A model generated the notes under the pieces. That model was given only the letters and a program-made list of their open reading frames with translations. It ran no database searches and had not been told where the DNA came from. DNA of 63,098 nt, filler included, from Hyphochytrium catenoides (taxonomy: Eukaryota; Protista; Hyphochytriomycota), in NCBI GenBank assembly GCA_900088475.1. It is 7 parts of 7 records of this genome, joined end to end, with 100 filler letters (N's around TTAATTAATTAA, not from the genome) between each part and the next. Parts side by side here need not be neighbours in the genome. Positions count along the whole stretch, not along the records: positions 27,478 to 40,844 come from FLMG01004232.1; positions 40,945 to 46,149 come from FLMG01003552.1; 5 more parts are not named here. One strand, written 5' to 3'. Made by a program: the position numbers and the translations under genes. This document shows positions 27,378 through 45,154 of the stretch, one piece after another. Each line of letters begins with the position of its first letter. The first letter of the stretch is position 1.

Positions 27378-27477
27378 NNNNNNNNNNNNNNNNNNNNNNN
27401 NNNNNNNNNNNNNNNNNNNNNTTAATTAATTAANNNNNNNNNNNNNNNNNNNNNNNNNNNNNNNNNNNNNNNNNNNN
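27378..27477. other. Artificial contig linker N44-TTAATTAATTAA-N44 (also 40845-40944, 46150-46249, 49308-49407, 58616-58715, 61915-62014)
   Basis: The same 100-nt six-frame-stop spacer occurs six times, and several genes are truncated at these points. Confidence 0.98.
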
Positions 27478-27721
27478 AGAGAGAGAGAGAGAAAGAGAGA
27501 AAGAGAAGTGTGAGTGAAGACTGCCAACAACTGCTTATCGGGCAAATACGACAAAGGGAGTCATCAGCCAGGAGGAGATGTTTACTAAGACAAGGAAAAC
27601 TCTATTCAACAGTAAGGAGAGAGAAGAGAAAACATGAGAGGAGAGAAAGGCCAAAGAGGGAGAGCGAGCGAGAGAGAGAGTAAGAGAGAGAAGGCCTCAA
27701 AGATGGCTCTAACAGGAGGAC

Positions 27722-35210
<7,489 letters not shown>

Positions 35211-38188
35211 CTGTCTCTTCAATGTAGAGAAGGAAAGACCAGGAAGAGATAGCGAAAAGAAAGAAGGAAGAGAGAAAGGAAAGAGAGGTACAAGATGCAA
35301 GAAGAAGAGACGTTAGAACGGGAGATGAGAGAGAGAGCGAGGGCGGGAGAAGTTGGAGTGCTTCACTAAGTCCTTGAGGCACCTGGCAAGGCGACTGAGT
35401 GGACAGGCAGACAGCTACTCTAAAGAAAGAAAGAATCGTTGAACGCCTTCTCTCCGACGCTAAATCTTCTCCTCTTTCTCTTCTCTCTCTCCTGGGGCGG
35501 CCGCGGCCCTTGGTCTTCAGCGAGAGAGAGTGACAGCAAATGGGCCTGCGATCAATTGATGAAGCTTTTTAAAGGAGTAACATAAAAGAGAGGCTTACAG
35601 AAAACGCGATGGCAGACAGACAGACAGGGCTGAGGCCTTTGCATTTGCCAAGGAAAGCAGGGGAGGGAAAGAGAAACTGAGAGGAAGAAAGAGAAACAGT
35701 GAGAGAGAAGGAGCACGTGAAATCAAACTCGTTGAAAGGAAGGGTATTGCCTAACAATTGAGCAAGAGAGGAGGGGCGCGGCAGCGGAGGAGAGACAGAG
35801 AGACGCAAGACGAAGAAAGAGAGGAGAAGACAACGTAATAGAAAGAGAGAAAGCGAGAGAAAAGAGAGGGGAGACAGAGAAAGAGAGAGAAGGGAAAATA
35901 GAGGGAGAGAGAAGGGGAAAATGAGGGAGAGAGAGAGAAAAGAACAAGAAGGAAGAGAGACTATGAGAGAGAGAGAGAGGCAGGTTAGTCAAGCGATCAG
36001 TCCATCAGATTTCTCCTTATGGCGGCTGTGGAACAAAAGGGAACAAAGAAGCAAATTTTATCGCACTTGATCCCTTACCGCCCTCGAACCCCGAACAGCA
36101 TTATCCCGAATAATATACTTTACCTTTCAAGTGTATATACCTTTTGCTACTGCAGTTCCTTCGCAGAAGTCATTAGTCCTAAATAACAGCATTTATATCC
36201 GGCACCTGAATGACTAGCTGCTGTACTTGATGTTGGTAATATGCCGCCAGGAGGGTCCTTTTGTCATTGATTGATGATGTTATTTTGCAGTAGTAATGCT
36301 TGGTAGGGATTGTACTGTACAAGGGAAGGGCGGACATTTGTGATTGGTGGACTGCCACTTGCAGGTGGGGTGACCAGCAACCTTTATATATCTCTCTCTC
36401 TCTTTAAACTCATTCTCTGTCTCTTTTTCTTTCTCTGTCATCTTCTCCTTCCTTCCTCTCTCTCCTCATTTTCTCTCTCTCTCCTCATTTTCTCTCTCTC
36501 TCTCCCTCTATCTCTCCAATCTTTTTCTCTCTCTGTCTCTTTCTCTCTCTCCCTTTATCTCTCCAGTCTTTTTCTCTCTCCCTTATTTCTCTCCCTTTCT
36601 CTTCCTCTCTTTCCATCTTCCTCTCGCTTTCTACCTCCCCTCTCCCTTTCGCCTCTCTCTCGTTCGCGCTGTCTTGGCTCTAATCGCTCTACCGCTGCCG
36701 CATCTTCCTACTCCTCAGTCTCCTCTTTTTCCTCTTGTTCTACCTACTTTAGAAGTCCTCACCTCTTCTTTTTTGTCTCTTCCTTGTTATCTTACTTCCA
36801 GTCCTCACCTCTTCTTTTTGTTCTTGAGTTTCTCTCTTTCTGTCGCTCAATAAATTTGTCCGTTACTTCCTCCCTCTCTTGTTCCCTTCTTTTATTTGGT
36901 CCATGTAATGTCTCTCCATCATCCTCTATGTCGTAGAGCGCCGTCACTCTCTCCATCTCTCTCAACTCTCGCGCTATCTCTCACTGTCTCCTCGCGCGCG
37001 CGCTCTCTCTCTCGCTCTCTTCTCTGGGCCGGCTTTTTACCATCACTATCTTAATCCCATGGACTACTATGAGCCCTGTGTGCTTATATAAGTTTCTATC
37101 TCACTGGACAGCTCAAGAGCCATTGGAAAAATTGAAGGAATCATCTACTGTCAAGCATGCCTCACAAAACGAGAGAGTGACAAAGAAGAACGGACAACTG
37201 ACCGACAGAGAGAGAGAGAGAGACCTCATATACTCAGTAGTAGATTCCAGTAGTAGTGGACGCAAACCGGACCAGCGGGCGCCCCTACTCTCTCTGCCAC
37301 ACCGGCTCAATATAGCCACCAGAGAAGATGTGTGTGAGTGAGCAATAGAAAAGAACTTCCTAAATATTTTGGAGCTAATGTTGCGCATGAGAGGAGAGAT
37401 AGAAGATAAGCTGATAGATTCATCTTTCATCTTCTTTTCCCGGCTGACGAGAACGGGAATGATGAACCAACAGAGGCGTGAGCCGAAATAAAGCAGGTGG
37501 CAGCTAAACAGACGGAGACCACTTATGAAGCCAAGCTCGCTCTCCCAGACGACACAGCTTTGAAGCCTACGAAGAGGACCTTTGAAGACTGCTGCCAGAG
37601 ATGATAATGGAATCGCCTTCGGCTGTTCCTGGTCCTGGAAGATTAGCTTGTTTCGGTCACGGACGAAATATAATGGAAAAGGCGTACTTGTCCTCCTTTT
37701 CTTGTTGCGCTGGAGAATATAACCTGATCGTTAGCTATCAATCAGCACTCCTCCTGCTCCTCACAAATCTCCATTTTTCATCAGCAGCAGCAACAGCAGA
37801 ATCTCCGCTCCCGCCGCCGCCATCTGCAGTTAGATTTCCCCCATCGACAAGAGTCAGCAAAATGCAAATGTTATTCTGATGGACGACCTTCGGCTTAAGT
37901 CTCCTTCCAAAATCAATTGCAAATGTTATTCTGAATGAGCGCTTATTGTGATTGAAAAGAGGAGGAGGCACGACAGCCATTCCCATAAGAATATTGGCTT
38001 CCAAATCATTTCCAACATCAAACGAGATTCATTTGCGCCTCAATCGAGAATCGAAATTCCTTTCTTCCAAATCAATTGGGAGGCGGTTAGTTTTGGCTCG
38101 GTGAGGGTTCGTTGTTGACGATCCTGATTATTCAGCACAGGGTTTGCCTTCTCTTCTACCTGCACCTTTCTGGTCCCAATTCACCCCG

Positions 38189-39196
38189 CCTGCTATTTCC
38201 CTTACCTTAGACAACACGAAGAGGAGCCCGCACATGATGACTTGGCTCATTTCCAATTTCGACTTCTCCAACGCAAGCTCAAGGATTAAAAGATCGGCCT
38301 CGCTTCTGCCCTCAACTCAGGATGGCAGAGCCCTGCTATCTCCATTAGGTTAGACAAAAAGACGAAGAGGAGCCCACACATGATCACTTGGCTCATTTCC
38401 AATTTCGACTTCTCCAACGACGCAAGCAAAAGAATTAAAGATCGGCCTCGCCTCTGGCCTCAACTCAGGATGGCAGAGCCCTCCTGCTATTTCCACTACG
38501 TTAGACAACACGAAGAGGAGCCCACATATGATCACTTGGCTCATTTGGGATCTCGTCTTCTCCAACGCAAGCTCAAGAATTAAAAGATCGGCCTCGCCTC
38601 TGCCCTCAACTCAGGATGGCAGCGCCCTGCTATTTCCATTACGTTAGACAATAGGAAGAGGAGCCCACATATGATCACTTGGCTCATTTGCAATTCCAAC
38701 TTCTCCAGCGCACGCAACAGAAATAAAAGATCGGCCTCGCCTCTGCCCTCAACTCAGGATGGCAGAGCCCTGCTATTTCCAGTACGTTAGACAACAGGAA
38801 GAGGAGCCCACATATGATCACTTGGCTCATTTACAATCTCGTCTTCCCCAACGCAAGCTCAAGAATTAAAAGATCGGCCTCGCCTCTGCCCTCAACTCAG
38901 GATGGCAGAGCCCTGCTATTTCCATTACGTTAGCTAACACGAAGAGGAGCCCACATATGATCACTTGGCTCAATTGCAATCTCGTCTTCTCCAACGCAAG
39001 CGAACGATAGAATAATATATCGCCCTCCTCACTACCCTCATCTCAGCAGGATGGCAGAGCCCTGCTATTACCATTACGTTAGACAACAGGAAGAGGAGCC
39101 CACATATGATCACTTGGCTCATTTGCAATCTCGTCTTCTCAAAGGTTTTATACATCGGCTTGGCCACTACCTCAACTCAGGATGATGGCAGAGCCT
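38189..39196. repeat. Tandem array, 7 units of ~143 bp (satellite/minisatellite-like)
   Basis: Anchor TGCTAT at 38191, 38334, 38485, 38628, 38771, 38914, 39063 (periods 143,151,143,143,143,149). Consensus CCCTGCTATTTCCATTACGTTAGACAACAGGAAGAGGAGCCCACATATGATCACTTGGCTCATTTGCAATCTCGTCTTCTCCAACGCAAGCTCAAGAATTAAAAGATCGGCCTCGCCTCTGCCCTCAACTCAGGATGGCAGAG. Confidence 0.95.
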
Positions 39197-39862
39197 TCAA
39201 GCGATACGGCGGCGAAGAATGAGGTTGATAACAATAATGCTACCACCACCGGGACGTCTCACTGGCGATCTTACTGCCTCGCGGTCCGCACCTCGGCGCG
39301 GGGTAGCTAACTCATTGTGTAAACCTTTGAGATACAATGAAGCCTCAAAAGAAAGAAAAACAGTTATAAAGGACTTTAAGGAGCTAAAAAACATAGACCC
39401 TTCATACCAAGGTCTCTTTCTTTTGCTATTCCTGCAGAAGATGCGCACTTCAGATCCTGAAGCTTATCCCACGTACAGCATTTGGACCCTTCTCTCGTCT
39501 GCCTTCTGAAAGGTAATGATGGTCTCATCGTTTCATCTTCATTCTCGTACTTCTTCTTCTCCTCTTGTTGTTGCTGAGAACTCATCTATTGATTCTTCTT
39601 TTCGTTCTAGTAACGAGTTTGGAGAAGATAGAACCTGAAGAAGAGACCAAGGCTCGTAGCTCTTGTCGTCTCTTCTTTCCCTTCGTGTTCCTTTTGCTTC
39701 TTCTCCTTCTTTCTCCCCTCCTTCTTCTGGGTAGTAGTAGCTAACTCGTTATCAAAACCAGGAAAAGCTTGCTTTTCCAAGAGAGCAAACAAACAGCAGT
39801 TAACTCTCTGACAAAAAAAAAGTAAGACGGAGATAAGGATCGGACGAATCGTGATCCTTTTG

Positions 39863-40660
39863 GAGTTTCCCTTTGGCCGTCAAGTAGGTCGCTCATGACC
39901 CGGCCTTCAACACTAGAGATTGTATCAACAAACTCGGGTCGAAGACGAGTCCTGCTCGGGTCTTTCTGTGAGTCCTTCAGGTCTTCAGCCGGTCGTCCGG
40001 CGTGACAAGCAAGTCGAAAGGTTGTCCATCGGGTCAGGAACAGGTCCTAGGTCATCAGGTCAAAGCCTTATAGAACGGGTCCTGACCGACTCTCATTCAA
40101 GTCCCTACTATCGGGTTTCAACCAAGTCATCAGCAGAGGTGTCGCACCTCTGTTGTCAGGGTTCACAAACGGATCATCCTTGTTGTCGTGCTCCTGTCCG
40201 CCCCAAGATGAAAGAGGTAGGAGGAGTGATAACGGGGAAAAGGAGGACAAGATGTGGATGACGGCGGCCAAGATGATGAACAACAAGAAGACGAAGAGGG
40301 TCAAAGGTGATGGTCAGCAGCAACCAGAGGAAGAAGCAGAAGCGGTATTGGAAGAAGGAACGACGACATAAAGCATCCCTCAAGAAGGCGACGACTCTAT
40401 TGCTCATCGACCACCACTTCTTCTTTCTTTTCCATCATCTAACTTGACCTGCTTGTGACCTGATCAGGACCCGAACGGCGACCCGTTGGAGACCTGGCAG
40501 AGACCCGAAAGACCTGGTTGAGGCCTAAAGGACTTATTTCTGACCCGAAGGACTCAGAGAAGACCTCTCTGTGACCTGAAGATGACCCGAAAGACGGGTC
40601 CCGGACCCGGCCAAGGCTGGGAAACCTGTCAGGTAACTCAGTCAATCAATGACCCTGCCA
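39863..40660. mobile_element. Degenerate foldback/MITE-like element: inverted arms built from phased (G/A)GTC / GAC(C/T) motifs
   Basis: Left arm (~39863-40130) is rich in CGGGTC/AGGTC/AGTC; right arm (~40445-40630) is rich in GACCCG/GACCT/GACT. Best inverted match: GGTCTTTCTGTGAGTCCTTCAGGTC (39959-39983) vs the reverse complement of 40542-40565 (GGTCTTCTCTGAGTCCTTCGGGTC). No TSD or clean TIR found, so mobility is inferred. Confidence 0.5.
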
Positions 40661-40764
40661 CCTGAAGAAGGAGAGTTATTTGAAAGGTGACCCGAGCGAG
40701 AGTCCACGGTGGGATCATGCCCGAAGAAGACCCAACAATGGGCTTCTTGAACAATGATCTGCTC

Positions 40765-40844
40765 CAGGGGTGGGCAATTATTTAATTTTAACTCCAATTT
40801 AATTTTAATTTCCATAATTGTAAGGAAGTTAATTGGAAATTACG
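40765..40844 (+). mobile_element. Probable hAT-superfamily transposon/MITE terminus, cut by contig end
   Basis: Begins CAGGGGTGGGCAA, resembling hAT (Charlie/MER5-type) TIRs, then switches abruptly to AT-rich repeats (TAATTTTAA x2; inverted AATTTCCA/TGGAAATT). The other end is not visible. Confidence 0.45.
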
Positions 40845-41358
40845 NNNNNNNNNNNNNNNNNNNNNNNNNNNNNNNNNNNNNNNNNNNNTTAATTAATTAA
40901 NNNNNNNNNNNNNNNNNNNNNNNNNNNNNNNNNNNNNNNNNNNNGGGGGGGGAGGAGGGGAAGAGAGGACAGAGAGAACAAAGAGACAGATGGATTTGGT
41001 CAGAGAAAAGGAGGACGGAGGAGAAAAGAAAGGATGCGAAGAGAGAAAGAGACCAAGAGAGAAAGAGAGGGAGAGAGACAGAGATTGAGAAAGGAGAACA
41101 AAGAAAGATAATCGAAAGAGACTTGGGAGAGAAAAGAAAGAGAGAAGGAGAAAGAGAAAAGTAGTGGCACACTGGAAGCGAGAAAGAGAGAGTGAGAGCG
41201 AAAAAGGAAGGCAGATGCATCACTAGATCTTTTAGAGAAAAAAAGAGAAGAAGGGAGGAAAGAGAGACGAGAGAGCAAAATACCTAGAGTAGAATGAGAA
41301 AGAGAGAGGAAAAGAAACGAGACAGGGAGAGAAACAGAGAGAGAGAGAGAGATCTTAC

Positions 41359-41498
41359 GTATTTCAGCGTGACCAGGAGAGAGACAGAGAGCAGAACATT
41401 GATGGCCCAGGCGGCGATGAAGAGCTGGTAAGACTGGGCAGGAGAGGAATCCACCGAGGAACTCCAGGTAGCCATCAGTATGATACCGAACATCACTG

Positions 41499-41571
<73 letters not shown>

Positions 41572-42602
41572 AAAGAAATTGTTGGGAGAGAGACAGACAA
41601 CATCGAAACAGTGTGTTAGAGCATACAAGAGAGAGACACGGCAGAGAGGGAGGGTGCAGAGGGAAGACGCCCGCGCGAGAGAGAGTGAGACAAAGAGAAA
41701 GCATTTCGAAACAGAGAGATGAAAAGAGAGAAAGAGAAAACGAGAGGATGCACAAGAGTGGGGACAAAAGAAGAGGAAAGTGAGGGCGGAGAGAGAAGAA
41801 TGCTATAGAGCAGAAAAGGCTCTAGGTTAGAAACAGAGGGAGAGGGCAATAAACAAGAGCGGAGAACAGAAAGAGAAGAGAGAGGGAACCACGACAGAGA
41901 GGAGAAACAGAGAGAAACAGAGAGAGAGAGAGAAAGAAGTACAGGAGAGGCGAGACGTAACGAGAAACGGCGAGTGAAAGATACTTATACGTCCATAAGA
42001 AAGAGGAAGGGCAAAACTGAGCCGGCTACGGCGGAGGAAGAGAGAAAGAAAGAGAGGAAAGAAGAGAGCAAGGTTGGAGAGAGAGAATAGAAAGAGAGAG
42101 GAGACCGAGAAAGGAAGAGACACCCATAGCGAAGGTGAGAGACGAGAGCCTGAAAGGGAAACAAAGGCGGAGACTCTAAGGAAGAGTGAACAAATACAGA
42201 GAGAATGAGAAGTGAGAGAGAGAGAGAGAGGGAAAAAGAGGGAGAAGAGAAGCCCAGAGAATAGCCAGCAAGAAAGACATAGCGGGTGAGACTAGAGAGA
42301 GAGCACCACCCAAGATTGAGGACGGTAGAGGATATTGAAAAAGAGTGAGGCACCCAAAGAGAGGGCGAAAAGGGCGAGAGACAGAAAGAGAAAGAGAGAG
42401 AGAGAGAGAGAGGGAGAGAGAAAGGACAGACTTACGTGAGGCTGCACTGAAAATTGAGGGAAGAATGAGGAGCTTAAAGGGCATCTGTCTGTCGTCATAA
42501 TAGAGCAACACCGCCACAGAGAGGAAACAGAGAGTGCCGCTGATACCTGTGAAGAGAAGAACAGAAATGATACCAGGACGGAAAGAGCCATGGCAGAACT
42601 GG

Positions 42603-42638
<36 letters not shown>

Positions 42639-42984
42639 CAGAGAGGGAGAAGAGAGAGAGACAGAGAGAGAGACAGAGAGAGAAGAGAGGATGGATCGAG
42701 ATGTGGGAGAGAGATTGACAGAGAGATTGAAAGAGAAGAGAAAAGAGGACAAAGAGGCAGGGACAGAAGAGGAAAGGGGAGAGAATATTAAGGAGAGAGA
42801 GAAACAAAGGATGGAGAGAGGAAACAGACGAAGGGGAGAAAGAGAGAGAGAGAAACAGAGGGCCACTAAGTTAGGCTTAGATCAAAGTCTATTCCTTTCT
42901 TAGCCTCGCTTTGCTCCTCTCTTCCCACGCGCTTTTTAACATTCTCACTCTCTCTCTCTTTCTCTCTCTCCTTGCTTTTCGTGT

Positions 42985-43022
<38 letters not shown>

Positions 43023-43257
43023 CTCTTATTCCTCGTCTCTTCTTTACCTTTTCTGCCGTCTCCAGGGAAGGGAAGAGACTCTCGTTCTGTTCTGTGTTGA
43101 AAGCGTCCTCTCCCACTAGTCCGCTGATTTTCTCTTGGTCTCCATATTGAGGGTTGGAAAATGGGGAGGAAGAGAATAGAGAGGACCAAAGAGAAGCGTT
43201 TTCTACCACGTACTCACTATCAAAGAAAGGAAGGGAGATTGCAGGAGAGAAATGGCC

Positions 43258-43296
<39 letters not shown>

Positions 43297-43427
43297 GACA
43301 GAGAAAAGATGATCCGCGAGGAAACATCAGACTTGAAGCTCCTTTTCCCGCTCTACTTGGCCTTCACCGTTTCTCCTTATTGCCCTCTTTTCCGCTTCTG
43401 TCAACGTCTCTCTGTCTCTTTCTAGTG

Positions 43428-43463
<36 letters not shown>

Positions 43464-43927
43464 TTTTATTCTCTCTTTCTCTCTCTTTATTCTCTCTCTC
43501 TCTTTTCTCACCTACCAGAGCGAGGTGGTCAGAGGGACGTCATAGTCTGTGGGGAGGTCACAGAAGGTCCCGACGCGCGTGGAATTGACGTCTTGAAAGA
43601 GAAGAAAAGAGCCGTTTGTCGCCCTCACAATCACATTCAGGCCCAGACAGCTGGGCTGCACCACCCACATCCCCACATTGCCACCGGCTAGAGAGAGAGA
43701 GAAAAAAAGAGAGAGAGAGAGAGAGAGAATATATAAGAGAGGAGAAAAAAAGAGAGAGAGAGAGAAACAGTGAGAGAGAGCGAGGTAGAGAGAGAAATAG
43801 AAAGAGAGAAAATTATCCAAAGAGGGAGAGACAGAAAGGGGTATTGTGAACATAAATATCCAAGGAACTAGAAAAGGGAGGAAAGAAGAAGGGCAGAGAG
43901 AGAGAGATATAAAGGAAGGAAGAGTGA

Positions 43928-43977
<50 letters not shown>

Positions 43978-44274
43978 GGAGAAAGAGAGAGAGAAAGAGA
44001 AGGGAAGGAGGAGAGAGAGAGAACGAGAGAGAGGAGGGAAGGAGGAGAGAGAGAGAAAAGACAAACAGACATAAAGAGAACGCCATGGACGTCAAAGGTA
44101 AATAGCTTGGCCAATGCGTTTACCTGAGTTGCTGAACCAATAAGGAATCGAGAGAGCGACCCAGACCATGACAGAGAAGACGAAGATCACGCAGGCCTGA
44201 TTCGCATTGACATGATTGTTCACTTCATTGCGCCGTCGTGCGCTGATGGCGCTTCCAGAGAATGACGTCTCCAT
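41359..44274 (-). CDS. Four-TM claudin/PMP22/amastin-like membrane protein (5 exons seen, 3' end uncertain)
   Basis: Exons 44274-44124, 43687-~43515, 43216-43048, 42598-42436 and 41495-41359 splice in frame. TM1 ..VALSIPYWF..NVGMWVVQPSC (W-G(L/M)W-C-like); Cys- and N-glycosylation-rich loop (NGS, NST, NAS, NES); TM2 GIISVLLFTGISGTLCFLSVAVLL; TM3; TM4 SYQLFIAAWAINVLL. Confidence 0.65.
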
Positions 44275-44867
44275 TACGCTGAGGGAAATGCCTCTCTCTT
44301 CTCCTTCTGGGTCCTTGCTCTTAATGAGGCTTAGCTACCATTGCTTCGCTTCGAGTGCGCAGTAGATGTGTATTCGCCATTGAAGAGTGAATGTCTGCCC
44401 CTTGGGCAATGGGGCTTTTCCCCGCGATGACTGTCTTTCCCCCGCGCCCGCGCCCAATAGCAGCAGCAAAAATGACCTACGGACTTGTTACCCAAGACTC
44501 TTTCATTCAGTCCAAAGCTCCATAGCCTAAAGGAGGCTTAATTCTTCTCCCTGCCAATGCATTTATGAATATTCTCCAGCAGGACGAATCCGCAATGACA
44601 AAAGCTTCATCTGAAAATTCATGAAAAGCTGCAGAAACCCCGAAAAAGGAAGCACAGAAAGCACGAAATACAAATAGTAATCAATGAAATAAATCTTAGT
44701 TAACCAATTTTTCGGTTTGATAATCAGTTACCTGATGCTTCCCAAATGATTATCGAATTGACCAATAGATTAAATCAACATGTTGATTAGTTTGCAGTTT
44801 GTGTCTCCAGACAAACAAAGGTTTGGCTGTTTTATTGTTGAAAAATGACCCCCAGCAGCCATCTCTT

Positions 44868-44911
<44 letters not shown>

Positions 44912-45057
44912 TTTCTCTCTCTCTCACGCTCTTCCTCTCTCACTCTTTTTTTCTCTCTTTCTTGCTCTGTCTCTTTTTCTCTCTCCAGCCCCTTTATGTC
45001 AACTGTTTTCTTTTCTCTCTCTCTCCTCTTTCTCTCTCCCTCTGTGTCTCGCTCTGC

Positions 45058-45093
<36 letters not shown>

Positions 45094-45112
45094 CTCGCTC
45101 TCTCTCTTCTCT

Positions 45113-45154
<42 letters not shown>

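Noticed and set aside
27422-27433. Recurrent TTAATTAATTAA palindrome
   Set aside because: Artificial six-frame-stop linker embedded in N runs.
36080-36100. tRNA T-loop-like TCGAACC words (also 25523, 61229)
   Set aside because: No cloverleaf or A-box at suitable spacing.
36070-36335. Degenerate palindromic MITE upstream of ABCC (CCGCCCT/AGGGCGG, CTACTGCA/TGCAGTAG)
   Set aside because: Only 7-9-bp matches with inconsistent spacing and no TSD.
38085-39130. Spliced-leader RNA array (TTGGCTCA resembles the dinoflagellate/Perkinsus SL end TTGGCTCAAG)
   Set aside because: Only ~8 nt match; no CCGTAGCCA 5' part and no AG|GT donor after it.
38189-39196. CRISPR array
   Set aside because: Units are 143 bp, the variable parts are homologous to each other rather than unique spacers, there are no cas genes, and the context is eukaryotic.
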